Shown: positions 9,667 through 20,344, counted from the stretch's first letter. The stretch: DNA of 64,000 bases from Chitinophaga pinensis (GCA_945892775.1 CAMDDP010000003.1:9432-73431), one strand, 5' to 3'. Notes: a model not told the origin generated them from the sequence alone. Program-made: numbers and translations.

Positions 9667-10491
9667 ATGGGAAACCAATTACTTAAAGGAAAAAAGGGAT
9701 TAATTTTTGGCGCACTTGATGAGAGTTCAATTGCTTGGAAAGTTGCACAAGCAGCTGTAGCAGAAGGAGCAGAAATCACATTGACTAATGCCCCTATTGC
9801 TATGCGAATGGGCAAGATAAATGAATTGGCTAAAATGTGCAATGCTGAAGTAGTTCCAGCTGATGCAACTTCTGTTGACGACTTAACTAATTTATTAAAG
9901 CGTTGCATGGAAATTCATGGCGGTCCAATTGATTTTATTTTACATTCTATTGGAATGAGTCCGAATGTTCGCAAGAAAAAAACATATACCGATTTGAGTT
10001 ACGAATTCATGCAGAAAACATTGGATATTTCAGCAGTATCTCTTCATAAAGTTTTACAATGCGCGTATCAATTAGATGCCTTAAAAGAATGGGGTTCTGT
10101 TGTTGGACTAACTTATATAGCTGGGCAGAGAACTTTCCCAAGTTATGGTGATATGGCTGATGCAAAAGCAACGCTTGAAAGTATTTCTCGCAGTTTTGGT
10201 TATCACTATGGAATAAAAAAGAAAGTTCGTGTTAATACTATTTCACAATCTCCAACATGGACCACAGCCGGTTCCGGTGTTGAAGGATTCGATGTGTTTT
10301 TTAAATATGCTGAAGAGATGTCGCCACTTGGAAATGCAAGCGCTGAAACTTGTGCTAATTATTGCATCAGTTTATTTAGTGATTATACAAAAATGGTGAC
10401 CATGCAAAACCTTTATCATGATGGAGGATTTTCAAGCACTGGCGTAAGTGATAAAGTGATGGAGATGTTTGCAGAACAGTTAAAGAAATAA
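9667..10491 (+). CDS. fabI: enoyl-[acyl-carrier-protein] reductase (NADH)
   Basis: N-terminal 'LLKGKKGLIFGALDESSIAWKVA', a Y-x6-K active-site spacing in 'SYGDMADAKATLE', and SDR-like length (274 aa). Confidence 0.85.
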   Translation: MGNQLLKGKKGLIFGALDESSIAWKVAQAAVAEGAEITLTNAPIAMRMGKINELAKMCNAEVVPADATSVDDLTNLLKRCMEIHGGPIDFILHSIGMSPNVRKKKTYTDLSYEFMQKTLDISAVSLHKVLQCAYQLDALKEWGSVVGLTYIAGQRTFPSYGDMADAKATLESISRSFGYHYGIKKKVRVNTISQSPTWTTAGSGVEGFDVFFKYAEEMSPLGNASAETCANYCISLFSDYTKMVTMQNLYHDGGFSSTGVSDKVMEMFAEQLKK

Positions 10492-10550
10492 CAATAACTA
10501 TTCAGAGGACATTTATTAATTTTTGCTGAATTTCAGTCAAACGCTTATTG

Positions 10551-11414
10551 TTACTGGGGTACAATTATTGTTTTAAAAGTTGAGGCATACCCTCCCCATA
10601 TTCCCAGCCCACCAATAATATTTGATTTTATTTTTATTGGAGAAGCAAAAGGACTTCCTTGGCCTCCAACACTAAATTCAAGTGTTCGCCAGAAATTAAA
10701 ATGCGCTTTATCTATGTTACACCATTTAACAGTAATGGTATCTCCTTTATCAAAAAAACCATAGGAATCAAAATCAATTGAATCATTTCGGTTATAACCT
10801 TTATCAAGCGGAAAATCAAAAATGGTTCCATTTATTATAGCATCATCAAAAACTGAATTTAAACCCGGTAAAAATCCTTGGGAGTTTGCTTTTGTAAAGT
10901 ACCTAACATATTGTCCAAGTTGGGGCGGATCATTTAATCGACACATCAATTTTACCTTATCAGGAAATTCTTGTTTTTCATTATATACTACCCAAATACT
11001 GTCAAGTGGAACAAATGGGGGAATAGTAGTAAAAGCATCAACCACCATCCCTTCTGCTTCAATATGTAACGAATATGTTTTGTTAGTTTGTCCAATCATT
11101 CCAACAGAATAGTAGACTGAAATCTGAACTCCTGCTGTATCAATTATAAATTCTTGAAGCGTAACGGTATCCGTTCCATCAAATACTTTAACAATGGCTC
11201 CATGAACAAAATTATTATTGATTTCTAATAAACTAAAAGTGGAATAGTAAGCTGAGTTTTTAGTTAAAAACAAATAGGGGAACGAACCTGACTCAATAAA
11301 ACCTTCTACCACCAATTTAACTTCTGGTTCTGGTAAGTCGAGAGAAATATTTTTTTCACAAGAGAAAAAAAATAAACTATAAAATGAAAGAAGAACAAAA
11401 GAATGTTTTTTCAT
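10551..11414 (-). CDS. DUF4249-family lipoprotein (partner of the adjacent TonB-dependent receptor)
   Basis: Lipobox 'FFFSC'. 'KLVVEGFIESGSFPYLFLTKNS' is typical of the DUF4249 N-terminus. Lies 8 nt downstream of the receptor gene on the same strand. Confidence 0.6.
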   Translation of the reverse strand: MKKHSFVLLSFYSLFFFSCEKNISLDLPEPEVKLVVEGFIESGSFPYLFLTKNSAYYSTFSLLEINNNFVHGAIVKVFDGTDTVTLQEFIIDTAGVQISVYYSVGMIGQTNKTYSLHIEAEGMVVDAFTTIPPFVPLDSIWVVYNEKQEFPDKVKLMCRLNDPPQLGQYVRYFTKANSQGFLPGLNSVFDDAIINGTIFDFPLDKGYNRNDSIDFDSYGFFDKGDTITVKWCNIDKAHFNFWRTLEFSVGGQGSPFASPIKIKSNIIGGLGIWGGYASTFKTIIVPQ

Positions 11415-11421
11415 AAAAAAT

Positions 11422-13770
11422 TTAAAATTTAAAGTTCCAAGTAACCGATGGTATTATTGGAAAAAGACTTACTTGCTTTGCCTGAATCGTTATGGTTGGA
11501 TCAACTAAAAATTGTCCTTCATATTGATCATAAATGAAATAAGGATTTTTTCTGTTATATAAATTATAAACGCTAAAATTCCATCCATCCTGTATGAACT
11601 TTCTTTTTCGTCCTTCATAGGTTAAAGAAACATCAGCCCGGTGATACGCTTTCATTCGAAACCCATTGGTACTTCCATACTGGGTGATAATATTCCCTTC
11701 AATAATATATTTTCCTTCCGAAGTAGTAAATGCAATTCCAGTTTGATATATAAAAGTTCCAGCTAAAGTCCAATGTTCATTAATTTTATAGGAAGCAACT
11801 ACCGATAATACATTCCTTCGATCATAACGATAGGGAAACGAATTGCCATCATTCAAATCATCAAAATGCCGATTGGTAAAAGCAAGCGTATAGGATACCC
11901 ATCCGGTTAATCTTCCTTTCGCCTTATTGATATACAATTCAATTCCCTTTGAATCTCCAGTTCCGAAAACAAAATTATCTTCAATATCTTCATTGGGAGT
12001 TGGTGTATACCCCTCCCTAAATTCAATTTGATTTTTAAGTGTCTTATAATAAATCTCTACAGAGGTTTCGATTTTATCGCCTATAAAATTTCTAAAATAT
12101 CCGAGTGAATACTGATCCCCGATTTGAGGCTTAACCACAATTGAACTTGGCACCCATATATCGGTAGGCAAAGTCGTTCCATTATTACTGACCAAATGAA
12201 GATATTGCTTACTTAAATTATAACTTGTTTTAATGGAAGCATGTTTTCCAACACTAACTTTTAAAATAAGTCGGGGCTCAACTCCATAATAAGTTTTAAT
12301 GTGTTCACTATTTTTGTAAAAAATACTATCTTCTGGAAACCCCGAAAAACCAATAAACACTTTCTTATAGGGCCCAACCTGTTCAAACATAGAAACCCTT
12401 AATCCAGCATTGACTTCAATCATATCGCTAAAGGTGTATTTATCTTGTAGAAAAACACCGCTTTCATACCCATACTTTCTTTCAATTCTTTGTGGGTTAA
12501 ATTCTACATCACCACTTCTTCCTGTTATACTACTTGGTAAAAAAATATGATAGGTCGTGTTGACACCAAATTTTATTTCATGTTTTATATGAGGGTAATA
12601 ACTAAAATCAATTTTTGCACTTCTATCTTTTATACCACTATACATATTTATTTCAAAGTCATTTTGAGTGGCTCCTAATTCAAAATGATAATCATTATAA
12701 ATTGCATCAAGATTCATAAATAATCTGTCATTAAATAAATGATTCCACCTTACAGTAGCAGTTGCATTTCCCCATGGAATTGACAATTTAATGTCGTCAT
12801 TTTTAAAACTGAAAACATCGCGACCAAAATATCCACTAAGAAAAACACGATCTTTATCAGAAAAAGTATAATTAGCTTTTGCATTAAGGTCGTAGAAATA
12901 ATATCCACTTCCATCAAATTTGGACTTAGAAATAAATGGTTTTAGCAACACATCAATATAAGTTCTTCGACCCGATAACATAAATGAAGATTTGTTTTTT
13001 ACAATTGGCCCTTCCAATGTCAATCGTGAAGCAATCAATCCAATTCCGCCTGATGCATGAAAGGTTTTACTGTTGCCCTCCTTCATATTTATATCAAGTA
13101 CCGAAGAAATTCTTCCGCCATATTCTGCAGGCATTCCTCCCTTGTATAAAGTTGTATTTAAAATTGCATCCGCGTTAAAAACTGAAAAGAACCCAAATAA
13201 ATGGCCGGTATTATATACAACAGCCTCATCTAACAAAACTAAATTCTGATCTGGACCTCCACCCCGAACATAAAACCCGCTAGTGCCCTCAGTTCCCCCT
13301 TGAACTCCAGGAAGCAGCTGAATTATTTTCATAATATCCACTTCACCAAAAATGGCAGGAAGTGTTTTTATTTTTTCTACTTGCAATTCATATTTTCCAA
13401 CTTCTGAATTTTGAACATTACCATCTTTTTTTTCGATTTCAACCACTATCTCTTTCAGCGTATTTGCAGACGATGGAAGATTTATATTCATTCGCGTGTC
13501 AACATCCAAAACAATTGTTTTTGTAATAGTTTTAAATCCAACATAAGAATATACTATTTCATAGGTTCCCATTACAAGAGACAAAGAATAAAACCCATAT
13601 TCATTTGTATAAGCCCCTTGCGAATTCGATTTAACAAAAACTGATGCTGCAATTAAACTTTCACCCGATATTGAATCTCTTACATATCCGCTTAGCGTAT
13701 ATTTATTTTGAGCAATAACCAGTTGAAATAAAAAAGTAAAAAGAATAATTAAAACACTATTTTTTTTCAT
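11422..13770 (-). CDS. TonB-dependent receptor with N-terminal carboxypeptidase-regulatory-like domain
   Basis: 'YTLSGYVRDSISGESLIAASVFV' (CarboxypepD_reg). Plug-domain motifs 'DIMKIIQLLPGVQ' and 'FYVRGGGPDQNLVLLDEAVVYN'. C-terminal beta-barrel ending 'WNFKF'. ATG at 13770. Confidence 0.85.
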   Translation of the reverse strand: MKKNSVLIILFTFLFQLVIAQNKYTLSGYVRDSISGESLIAASVFVKSNSQGAYTNEYGFYSLSLVMGTYEIVYSYVGFKTITKTIVLDVDTRMNINLPSSANTLKEIVVEIEKKDGNVQNSEVGKYELQVEKIKTLPAIFGEVDIMKIIQLLPGVQGGTEGTSGFYVRGGGPDQNLVLLDEAVVYNTGHLFGFFSVFNADAILNTTLYKGGMPAEYGGRISSVLDINMKEGNSKTFHASGGIGLIASRLTLEGPIVKNKSSFMLSGRRTYIDVLLKPFISKSKFDGSGYYFYDLNAKANYTFSDKDRVFLSGYFGRDVFSFKNDDIKLSIPWGNATATVRWNHLFNDRLFMNLDAIYNDYHFELGATQNDFEINMYSGIKDRSAKIDFSYYPHIKHEIKFGVNTTYHIFLPSSITGRSGDVEFNPQRIERKYGYESGVFLQDKYTFSDMIEVNAGLRVSMFEQVGPYKKVFIGFSGFPEDSIFYKNSEHIKTYYGVEPRLILKVSVGKHASIKTSYNLSKQYLHLVSNNGTTLPTDIWVPSSIVVKPQIGDQYSLGYFRNFIGDKIETSVEIYYKTLKNQIEFREGYTPTPNEDIEDNFVFGTGDSKGIELYINKAKGRLTGWVSYTLAFTNRHFDDLNDGNSFPYRYDRRNVLSVVASYKINEHWTLAGTFIYQTGIAFTTSEGKYIIEGNIITQYGSTNGFRMKAYHRADVSLTYEGRKRKFIQDGWNFSVYNLYNRKNPYFIYDQYEGQFLVDPTITIQAKQVSLFPIIPSVTWNFKF

Positions 13771-13978
13771 AAGAAACGGCAAAAGTAAGTGATGAATATT
13801 AAGAGAATTATAAGAATCGAAAAAATCATAGTCGCCAACTAAATATTTTTTTTAAAAAATACCTTAATTATTGCCTAAATAACATTTAGTTACTGTAAAC
13901 TGTTTAAAGCAAATAAAAAATATAAAATGATTATGTTCGTTGGACTAATTATTGGGATTATTTAATAATAAAAAAAAT

Positions 13979-14716
13979 ATGAAAAAACTGATTTTTCTGT
14001 TCTCAATCATTGCCTTTGAGTTAAAAGCGCAAGATGTTGTAGTTCCAGATACCATTAAACAAATTTCGATTGGATTTAATTTGCTAAAACTTGCTGGAAA
14101 TAATGGTTCCGCAGTACAACAAGTAGGCTTTTTACGAAACCGTGTTCGCAATCATGCCTTTAAGTTTTCATTTTACAGCACTGGTTATTATTCAGGCAAC
14201 AATGCAAAACAAATTAATACTCCACAAGCAATAGCAATCAATGACACGCTAATTTCTTTAACAAGTGAATACATTTCTCAAACAAGTAGTGGCATAAGTT
14301 TAAGCTATGAAAAATTTCAACTAAGTAGTGCTGATAAAAGCATTGAATTATTTTCTGGCATAGGATTAAGAGGAGGTGCTACTCATCATGACCATGGCAG
14401 CCATACATTAGTTTACTCAAAAGATACTTTAGGCAATTTTAATTATAGTGATTCACTCAGCTATTCATCCCCTCAGTTTTTACTGACAAATAGTTACAAG
14501 CAATACACAGTTGGACTACTTCCTTATGCCGGTGTTTTATTTATGCCGAACAAAGTATTAAGTATAGACTTACAAATAAGTTTTCCATTATCCTATACAT
14601 GGAAAATTCCAGCTAGTTCAGCTATAAAAAGATCTTTCGGTTTCAGCACCGAAATGCTCTATAGCATTAACATTATTCTAAATTTTAATTTTAAAGAAAG
14701 TATAGACACCTTATAA
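13979..14716 (+). CDS. hypothetical secreted / outer-membrane protein
   Basis: ATG at 13979 gives signal peptide 'MKKLIFLFSIIAFELKAQD'. Alternating beta-strand-like sequence. No recognised family. Confidence 0.45.
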   Translation: MKKLIFLFSIIAFELKAQDVVVPDTIKQISIGFNLLKLAGNNGSAVQQVGFLRNRVRNHAFKFSFYSTGYYSGNNAKQINTPQAIAINDTLISLTSEYISQTSSGISLSYEKFQLSSADKSIELFSGIGLRGGATHHDHGSHTLVYSKDTLGNFNYSDSLSYSSPQFLLTNSYKQYTVGLLPYAGVLFMPNKVLSIDLQISFPLSYTWKIPASSAIKRSFGFSTEMLYSINIILNFNFKESIDTL

Positions 14717-14763
14717 ATAAAGCATTTAATTCTTTCAACATTTTTAAAAATAAACTTTAAAAT

Positions 14764-15177
14764 TTAACAAAACTCCTCGTACACTTGTTTTAAATGGGTT
14801 GAAATTATTTCTGCGGTTCTACCTTCAATATGGTGGCGTTCAACCATATGAACCAATTTGCCATCTACAAACAAAGCGATAGCTGGTGAAGATGGAGGAT
14901 ATGGCATCATGTGCTGACGCGCAACATCAACAGACTCTTTATCAACTCCTGCAAAAACAGTTACTAATTTTTCAGGTTTTTTATTTCCTGTCAAAGACGA
15001 TAAAACGCCCGGGCGAGCACTTCCAGCCGCACAACCGCAAACTGAATTTACGACAAGCAACATTGAACCTTTTGTATTGGTTAAAACTGTTTCTGCTGCC
15101 GTTGCAGTTTTTAATTCTTCAAATCCGCTGGCAGTTAACTCCCGGATCATTGGCGCTGTTAATTCTTGTGGATACAT
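14764..15177 (-). CDS. bacilliredoxin (BrxA/BrxB, YphP/YqiW DUF1094 family)
   Basis: '[17 protein letters not shown]' carries the family CGC redox motif. 137 aa from the ATG at 15177 ('[15 protein letters not shown]'). Confidence 0.75.
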   Translation of the reverse strand: MYPQELTAPMIRELTASGFEELKTATAAETVLTNTKGSMLLVVNSVCGCAAGSARPGVLSSLTGNKKPEKLVTVFAGVDKESVDVARQHMMPYPPSSPAIALFVDGKLVHMVERHHIEGRTAEIISTHLKQVYEEFC

Positions 15178-15300
15178 TTTTTTATTAATTGATTTTGAAA
15201 TTAATTTTGCTAAAGTAAAACCTTCTAGCAACTTTAATGTTAATTAATCATAGAAAGTTCCAATAAAACATCAAACAATTTACTTATTACTCATAACAAC

Positions 15301-15330
15301 TTGATACTTAAACTCAATTATCTACATTTG
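15301..15330 (+). promoter_or_regulatory. candidate Bacteroidota sigma-A promoter for ahcY (TTG-N19-TAcaTTTG)
   Basis: TTG at 15301-15303, a 19-nt spacer, and an exact TAnnTTTG at 15323-15330, 45 nt upstream of the ATG. Confidence 0.45.
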
Positions 15331-15375
15331 CGCTTCTTAAAATTTTAACACTTAAACTTTAAACATAAAATCATA

Positions 15376-16695
15376 ATGACTAAAAGTGTAATTGACATTA
15401 AAATCCCTTATAAAGTAGCTGATATTTCTTTGGCTGAATGGGGTCGCAAGGAAATTAAATTAGCTGAAGCTGAAATGCCTGGACTAATGGCTATTCGTGA
15501 AGAATACAAAGGGAAAAAACCTTTGAAAGGTGCGCGCGTTGCAGGGTGCTTACACATGACAATACAAACAGCTGTTTTGATTGAAACATTAGTTGAATTA
15601 GGTGCTGATGTTCGTTGGTCAAGTTGCAATATTTTTTCTACTCAAGACCATGCCGCTGCTGCTATTGCTGCTGCTGGTGTTCCTGTATTTGCATGGAAAG
15701 GGCAGAATGAAGTTGATTTTAACTGGTGTATTGAACAAACCCTATTCTTCGGAAATTTTGATAAACCCCTAAATATGATTTTAGATGATGGTGGTGATTT
15801 AACCAACATGGTATTTGATGTTTACACTGAACTGATTAATGGAATTAAAGGATTGAGTGAAGAAACTACAACTGGTGTTCATCGTCTTTATGACAGAATG
15901 AAAAATGGAACCCTACATATGCCTGCTATTAATGTGAACGATAGCGTAACCAAATCAAAATTTGATAACAAGTATGGTTGTCGCGAAAGTTTAGTAGATG
16001 CAATTCGCCGTGCAACTGATGTGATGATTGCAGGAAAAGTAGCTGTTGTAGCTGGATATGGTGATGTTGGAAAAGGTTCTGCTGAATCATTAAGTGGAGC
16101 AGGGGCACGCGTAATTGTCACAGAGATTGACCCAATCTGTGCATTACAAGCGGCAATGGATGGATATGAAGTTAAAAAAATGACTGATGCCGTTAAAGAA
16201 GCTGATATTGTTGTCACGGCAACAGGTTGCATGGGAGTAATTAATGAAACACACTTCCGTTCAATGAAAGACAAAGCCATTGTTTGCAACATTGGCCACT
16301 TCGATATTGAAATTGATATGGCTTGGTTAAATGACAACTTCGGGAAAACAAAAGATACCATTAAGCCACAAGTAGACAGATACACAATCAACGGGAAAGA
16401 TGTAATTGTATTAGCTGAAGGAAGATTAGTAAATCTTGGCTGTGCAATGGGCCATCCATCATTTGTAATGAGCAACTCATTTACCAACCAGATACTTGCC
16501 CAGCTTGAATTGTGGAATAACACTTCTAACTACGAAAATAAAGTGTACACGCTACCAAAACATTTAGATGAAAAAGTGGCACACTTACACCTAGCAAAAA
16601 TTGGTGTAGAGTTGGATGTTCTTTCCACCAATCAATCAGAATACTTGGGAATACCGAAAGAAGGTCCGTTCAAACCTGAGTATTATAGATACTAG
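15376..16695 (+). CDS. ahcY: adenosylhomocysteinase
   Basis: '[23 protein letters not shown]', '[11 protein letters not shown]', '[10 protein letters not shown]' (NAD site) and '[22 protein letters not shown]' are highly conserved SAH hydrolase blocks. Confidence 0.95.
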   Translation: MTKSVIDIKIPYKVADISLAEWGRKEIKLAEAEMPGLMAIREEYKGKKPLKGARVAGCLHMTIQTAVLIETLVELGADVRWSSCNIFSTQDHAAAAIAAAGVPVFAWKGQNEVDFNWCIEQTLFFGNFDKPLNMILDDGGDLTNMVFDVYTELINGIKGLSEETTTGVHRLYDRMKNGTLHMPAINVNDSVTKSKFDNKYGCRESLVDAIRRATDVMIAGKVAVVAGYGDVGKGSAESLSGAGARVIVTEIDPICALQAAMDGYEVKKMTDAVKEADIVVTATGCMGVINETHFRSMKDKAIVCNIGHFDIEIDMAWLNDNFGKTKDTIKPQVDRYTINGKDVIVLAEGRLVNLGCAMGHPSFVMSNSFTNQILAQLELWNNTSNYENKVYTLPKHLDEKVAHLHLAKIGVELDVLSTNQSEYLGIPKEGPFKPEYYRY

Positions 16696-16729
16696 TTCTA
16701 GCAACTAATAATTAGCTCTTAGATTTTAA

Positions 16730-16759
16730 AGAGTCGTCTCGATTTAGGTAGACGGCTCT
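16730..16759. terminator. hairpin between convergent ahcY and methyltransferase genes
   Basis: Stem agagtcgtct/agacggctct (10 bp, one G-U) followed by a T-run. The 3' arm overlaps the last codons of the minus-strand gene. Confidence 0.5.
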
Positions 16760-17406
16760 TTTTTATTTCTTTTTGCTACAATCATATAATGATTAAAGTA
16801 AAAATTTTCTTTCAACAAAACTTCTTTAACAATCTCAACCCCTCTGTTTATCAAATGTGATTTGTATTCATTCAAATCGTATTGATATGGATGAAGAATG
16901 TCTCCCGGAACGATCCTGAATAAATACTTGAACAGAGAATAATTGTGTGCATCAATAGTCAGAACAAAAGTTCCGCCTTGCTTTATAGAATCAACTAAAT
17001 TATTCATTGACAATTCATAATTCTGCACATGATTAATTGCATTCATACAAAAAACAAAATCAAAAAAATTTTCTCTTTTGAAACTCTCAATGGGTGTATG
17101 AATGAACTCTATATTTTTAAAATCTGATTTTTTAAAATGAATTAATTGCGTTTCATAATCATTCAACAATGGATCAATAGCAGTTAACTGATAGTTTTGT
17201 AAAACAATAAAAACTCCTGCCGGACCGCAACCTGCATCTAAAATTTTGTTGCCATCAGCCAATGAAATTTCTCCAATCACCAACAACTTCTTCCAATAAT
17301 CTATTTTCCAAGTTCGATAGCCAACAGAAGTTTTATTTCGGAGATAGCTTTTCCACCATCGCTTTTCAAAATATTGCGCCAATTTCCAACGAAGAGTAGC
17401 TTTCAT
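16744..17406 (-). CDS. class I SAM-dependent methyltransferase
   Basis: Motif I 'ILDAGCGPAG', then 'FDFVFCMNAINHV' and 'GGTFVLTI', typical of Methyltransf_11/25-type enzymes. Confidence 0.75.
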   Translation of the reverse strand: MKATLRWKLAQYFEKRWWKSYLRNKTSVGYRTWKIDYWKKLLVIGEISLADGNKILDAGCGPAGVFIVLQNYQLTAIDPLLNDYETQLIHFKKSDFKNIEFIHTPIESFKRENFFDFVFCMNAINHVQNYELSMNNLVDSIKQGGTFVLTIDAHNYSLFKYLFRIVPGDILHPYQYDLNEYKSHLINRGVEIVKEVLLKENFYFNHYMIVAKRNKKEPST

Positions 17407-17480
17407 GTTTTACAATCTATTAACAAAAAATAAATATTTCTTTTTCATGAAGAAATAGTTGAAAGGTTGTGAGTTTTTAA

Positions 17481-18500
17481 ATGATTGAATTAGGTTTGCA
17501 AAAGTATATGAAACAAGATTTTAAAGCAGGAGAAAAAGTAACACTCATTCACATGAATGAGACAGCAATCGTAACTCGCATTGCCAATGGAATGATTTAT
17601 GTAAATTTGGATGGAGATGAAATACCTGTTTACCCTGAAGACATTACACTTATACAGGGCGCAAACAGGCCAACCGATCGCAGGGAATTTCGCCCTCGCG
17701 AAGAACAAAGATCAAAAGAAAAAGTTCCCATCAGTCTTCTGGTGTTAAAAGAAAGAGGGTTACTCTTAATAATGGAGCCATTTATTGATCAGGAAAACAA
17801 ACCAGCACTTCAGGTTTTTATTCAAAATGGATTTCAGTTCGCCGTTCATTACAATATCATCCTTGATTTTTCGGATGGAAAAGATTTCTCTGAAAATGGT
17901 TTGTTAGCGCCGAAGACAAAAAAACAACTATTCCCTTTTCAAGAAGACAAACTAAACGACAAGCCAAATATTTATTTGAGTGCATGGCAACAGAAAGGTG
18001 ATGAGAATGAAATTGAGTTACGCATTCGACCTACAGCTCATTTTAAAAAGAAAAGAAAATTTGAAACTTTTCCTAACGAAGTTTTTGTTTATGAAATATT
18101 TAACGAATGGCCGGGAAGAAGATCGGAAGTTGAGCGCCATCACATTTCAAAAAAAGAACTGGAAGTGTTAATGCAAACAAATAAAATTCAGAATTACGAT
18201 AATGCTGATTTGAAAACCGGAGGCATTGAAGAGATTGATTTGCATGCATCCTCATTAGGCATCAATGAAAAATCATTGGCTTCTGGTAAAATTCTAGAAA
18301 AACAATTAACCGCTTTCAAAAAAGTATTGGAAAACGCCATACAAAATAAACGCGAACGATTAGTTGTAATTCATGGCTACGGAAAAGGAAAATTAAAAAA
18401 TGAAGTTTGTAATATTCTCGATGCAGATTATTCATTCCTTCCATATAGAAACGAATATCACCATCGCTACGGGCATGGTGCCACATTCATTGATCTTTGA
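17481..18500 (+). CDS. Smr (MutS2-related) domain protein
   Basis: C-terminal 'EIDLHASSL...ERLVVIHGYGKGKLKNEV' matches the Smr domain. The N-terminal ~240 aa are uncharacterised. Confidence 0.7.
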   Translation: MIELGLQKYMKQDFKAGEKVTLIHMNETAIVTRIANGMIYVNLDGDEIPVYPEDITLIQGANRPTDRREFRPREEQRSKEKVPISLLVLKERGLLLIMEPFIDQENKPALQVFIQNGFQFAVHYNIILDFSDGKDFSENGLLAPKTKKQLFPFQEDKLNDKPNIYLSAWQQKGDENEIELRIRPTAHFKKKRKFETFPNEVFVYEIFNEWPGRRSEVERHHISKKELEVLMQTNKIQNYDNADLKTGGIEEIDLHASSLGINEKSLASGKILEKQLTAFKKVLENAIQNKRERLVVIHGYGKGKLKNEVCNILDADYSFLPYRNEYHHRYGHGATFIDL

Positions 18501-18502
18501 AA

Positions 18503-18910
18503 TAACTGCTGCGGGGAAGATTGTCGCCTCAATTAATTTTGGGGAGGAAAGTCCGGACAGCATAGCGCGCCGCACCACCTAACAGGTGGAACTTCATTGA
18601 GAAATTGATGAAGGATAGCAAGTACCACAGAAAATAACTACCAGCTGAAGTTTTTACTCCGGTCGGAAAAGATGAAAACGGGAGGTAAAAGCTCCCGGTG
18701 ATTGATTGCAAAATCTTTCACGGGTAAACCTTGCGGGCTGAAAGGCCAAATAAATTCTGTTCAAGAGTTGCTCGCTCTTTCTCCAACGAAAGTTGGAAGC
18801 AGAACGGGTTGGCTGCTCGATTTCGGTTGCGAAACCGAAACCAGATAAATGACAATGCTTCTGATGAAAATCAGAATACAGAATCCGGCTTATGCACCCG
18901 CAGCAGTTAT
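18503..18910 (+). ncRNA. rnpB: RNase P RNA, bacterial type A
   Basis: Universal P4 elements 'GAGGAAAGTCCGGAC' (18544-18558) and 'ACAGAATCCGGCTTA' (18878-18892). P1 pairing is 'aactgctgcggg' with 'cccgcagcagtt'. Ends are approximate to +/-5 nt. Confidence 0.9.
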
Positions 18911-18982
18911 TTTTATTAATGGAATAAAATTTATTTTTGGAATTATAGCAATAAGAAATTGAATTATTTAATTTTTATAAGC

Positions 18983-19429
18983 TCATTTTATTTGCACTCC
19001 ATCTGCTTTGAAAGCAACTTTATCATGAGAAGAATCTTTTAACATAATCTCATCATTTGACTGGCTCTTATCAAGTTGAATTTGGTTTAATTCAACCTCT
19101 GTTGTTGTATCTAAGTAAGAATATCCATGAATAAAAACTGTTTTCCCTTCAATGTCTTTGGGCACTGAAAATTTCTTATCCCAATCAACAAAAATCTGTT
19201 CCCCATTTCCAGCATCCAGTTTCATCCAACACCCTTCGCCTTGGCAAACTGCGCTTACGGTACCTTTCACTATCACATCTTCACCTGATGAATTTGAGAT
19301 TAATTGGTCAACTGAAATTGCCTCTGTGGAATCAACAGCAAGGCCAAAATGGTACTGTTTTCTAAATTCGCATGAAGAAAATAATCCTGAAATTAAAACT
19401 GCCAACAAGATTCTTTTCATACTGATCAT
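18983..19429 (-). CDS. DUF4920-like lipoprotein
   Basis: Lipobox 'LFSSC'. 'VKGTVSAVCQGEGCWMKL' is a pattern I associate with DUF4920 proteins. Confidence 0.5.
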   Translation of the reverse strand: MISMKRILLAVLISGLFSSCEFRKQYHFGLAVDSTEAISVDQLISNSSGEDVIVKGTVSAVCQGEGCWMKLDAGNGEQIFVDWDKKFSVPKDIEGKTVFIHGYSYLDTTTEVELNQIQLDKSQSNDEIMLKDSSHDKVAFKADGVQIK

Positions 19430-19546
19430 TTTTTACAAAGAAAGAAACACAGCCTCAATCCAAAGAATTTATAAACTGACAGATATATGTTGGAACAACT
19501 TAAATCTCTATTTCTATTTTAGCGCCGCGATAAAAAGCATAACCCA

Positions 19547-20257
19547 ATGGGAAGAATATTTCAAACAAGAAAGGCTACAATTTTTGCGCGCAACGATCGT
19601 GTTGCAAAGGCATTTACACGAATAGGAAAAGAGATTGCTATTGCTGTTAAAGCTGGTGGTGGTATTCCTGAAAATAACTCCCGTTTAAAAACGGCAATTA
19701 ATAATGCAAAGGGTGTAAACATGCCTAAGGAAAAAGTGGAAGCTGCTATAAAGCGCGCAACTACCAAGGACGATAAAGGATTGCAAGAACAGGTGTATGA
19801 AGGTTATGCGCCACACGGTGTAGCTATGATGATTGAATGTGCAACTGATAATACTACACGCACAATATCAAATCTGCGTGTAATTGTGAGCAAAGGTGGT
19901 GGAACAATTGGTTCTCAGGGTTCGGTTGGGTTTATATTCGATCGTAAAGGTGTTTTTAGAATTGAGAAAACAAAATTGAATCTCGATGAAATGGAATTGG
20001 ATTTAATTGATTCGGGGGCTGAAGAAATTGATACTGATGAAGATGATATTGTTATTCATACTGCATTTACTGATTTTGGTAAAATGCAAAAATTTTTAGA
20101 AGGGAAATCAATAGTCGCAAAAAGTTCGGAACTACAACAAATTCCAAATAATTATAAAGAAGGATTAACTGAAGATCAGGAAAATCAGGTATTGCAACTC
20201 ATTGCCAAATTAGAAGACGATGATGATGTGCAGCAGGTTTTTCATAATTTGAAATAA
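19547..20257 (+). CDS. YebC/PmpR family DNA-binding transcriptional regulator
   Basis: 'RAKIVAFLV'-type N-terminus ('KATIFARNDRVAKAFTRIGKEI') and 'YEGYAPHGVAMMIECATDNTTRT' are conserved YebC blocks. Confidence 0.9.
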   Translation: MGRIFQTRKATIFARNDRVAKAFTRIGKEIAIAVKAGGGIPENNSRLKTAINNAKGVNMPKEKVEAAIKRATTKDDKGLQEQVYEGYAPHGVAMMIECATDNTTRTISNLRVIVSKGGGTIGSQGSVGFIFDRKGVFRIEKTKLNLDEMELDLIDSGAEEIDTDEDDIVIHTAFTDFGKMQKFLEGKSIVAKSSELQQIPNNYKEGLTEDQENQVLQLIAKLEDDDDVQQVFHNLK

Positions 20258-20344
20258 GAATTATTGTTAGTTGAGTGTTCATGGTTGTTAGTATAAAATT
20301 TCAACTTTAACTCTTGTAAGACTGAAATTGTCGAAGTGCACAAC

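Noticed and set aside
15888-16523. 211-aa ORF antisense to ahcY, plus a 73-aa ORF at 15408-15629
   Set aside because: It lies entirely inside and opposite a very well-supported conserved gene. The translation is low-complexity (Ser/Thr/Ala/Ile-rich) with no motifs. This is a typical shadow ORF.
19152-19625. 157-aa plus-strand ORF overlapping the DUF4920-like lipoprotein gene and the start of the yebC-family gene
   Set aside because: It is antisense to a gene with a clear lipoprotein signal and runs out of frame into the yebC-family gene. No motifs.
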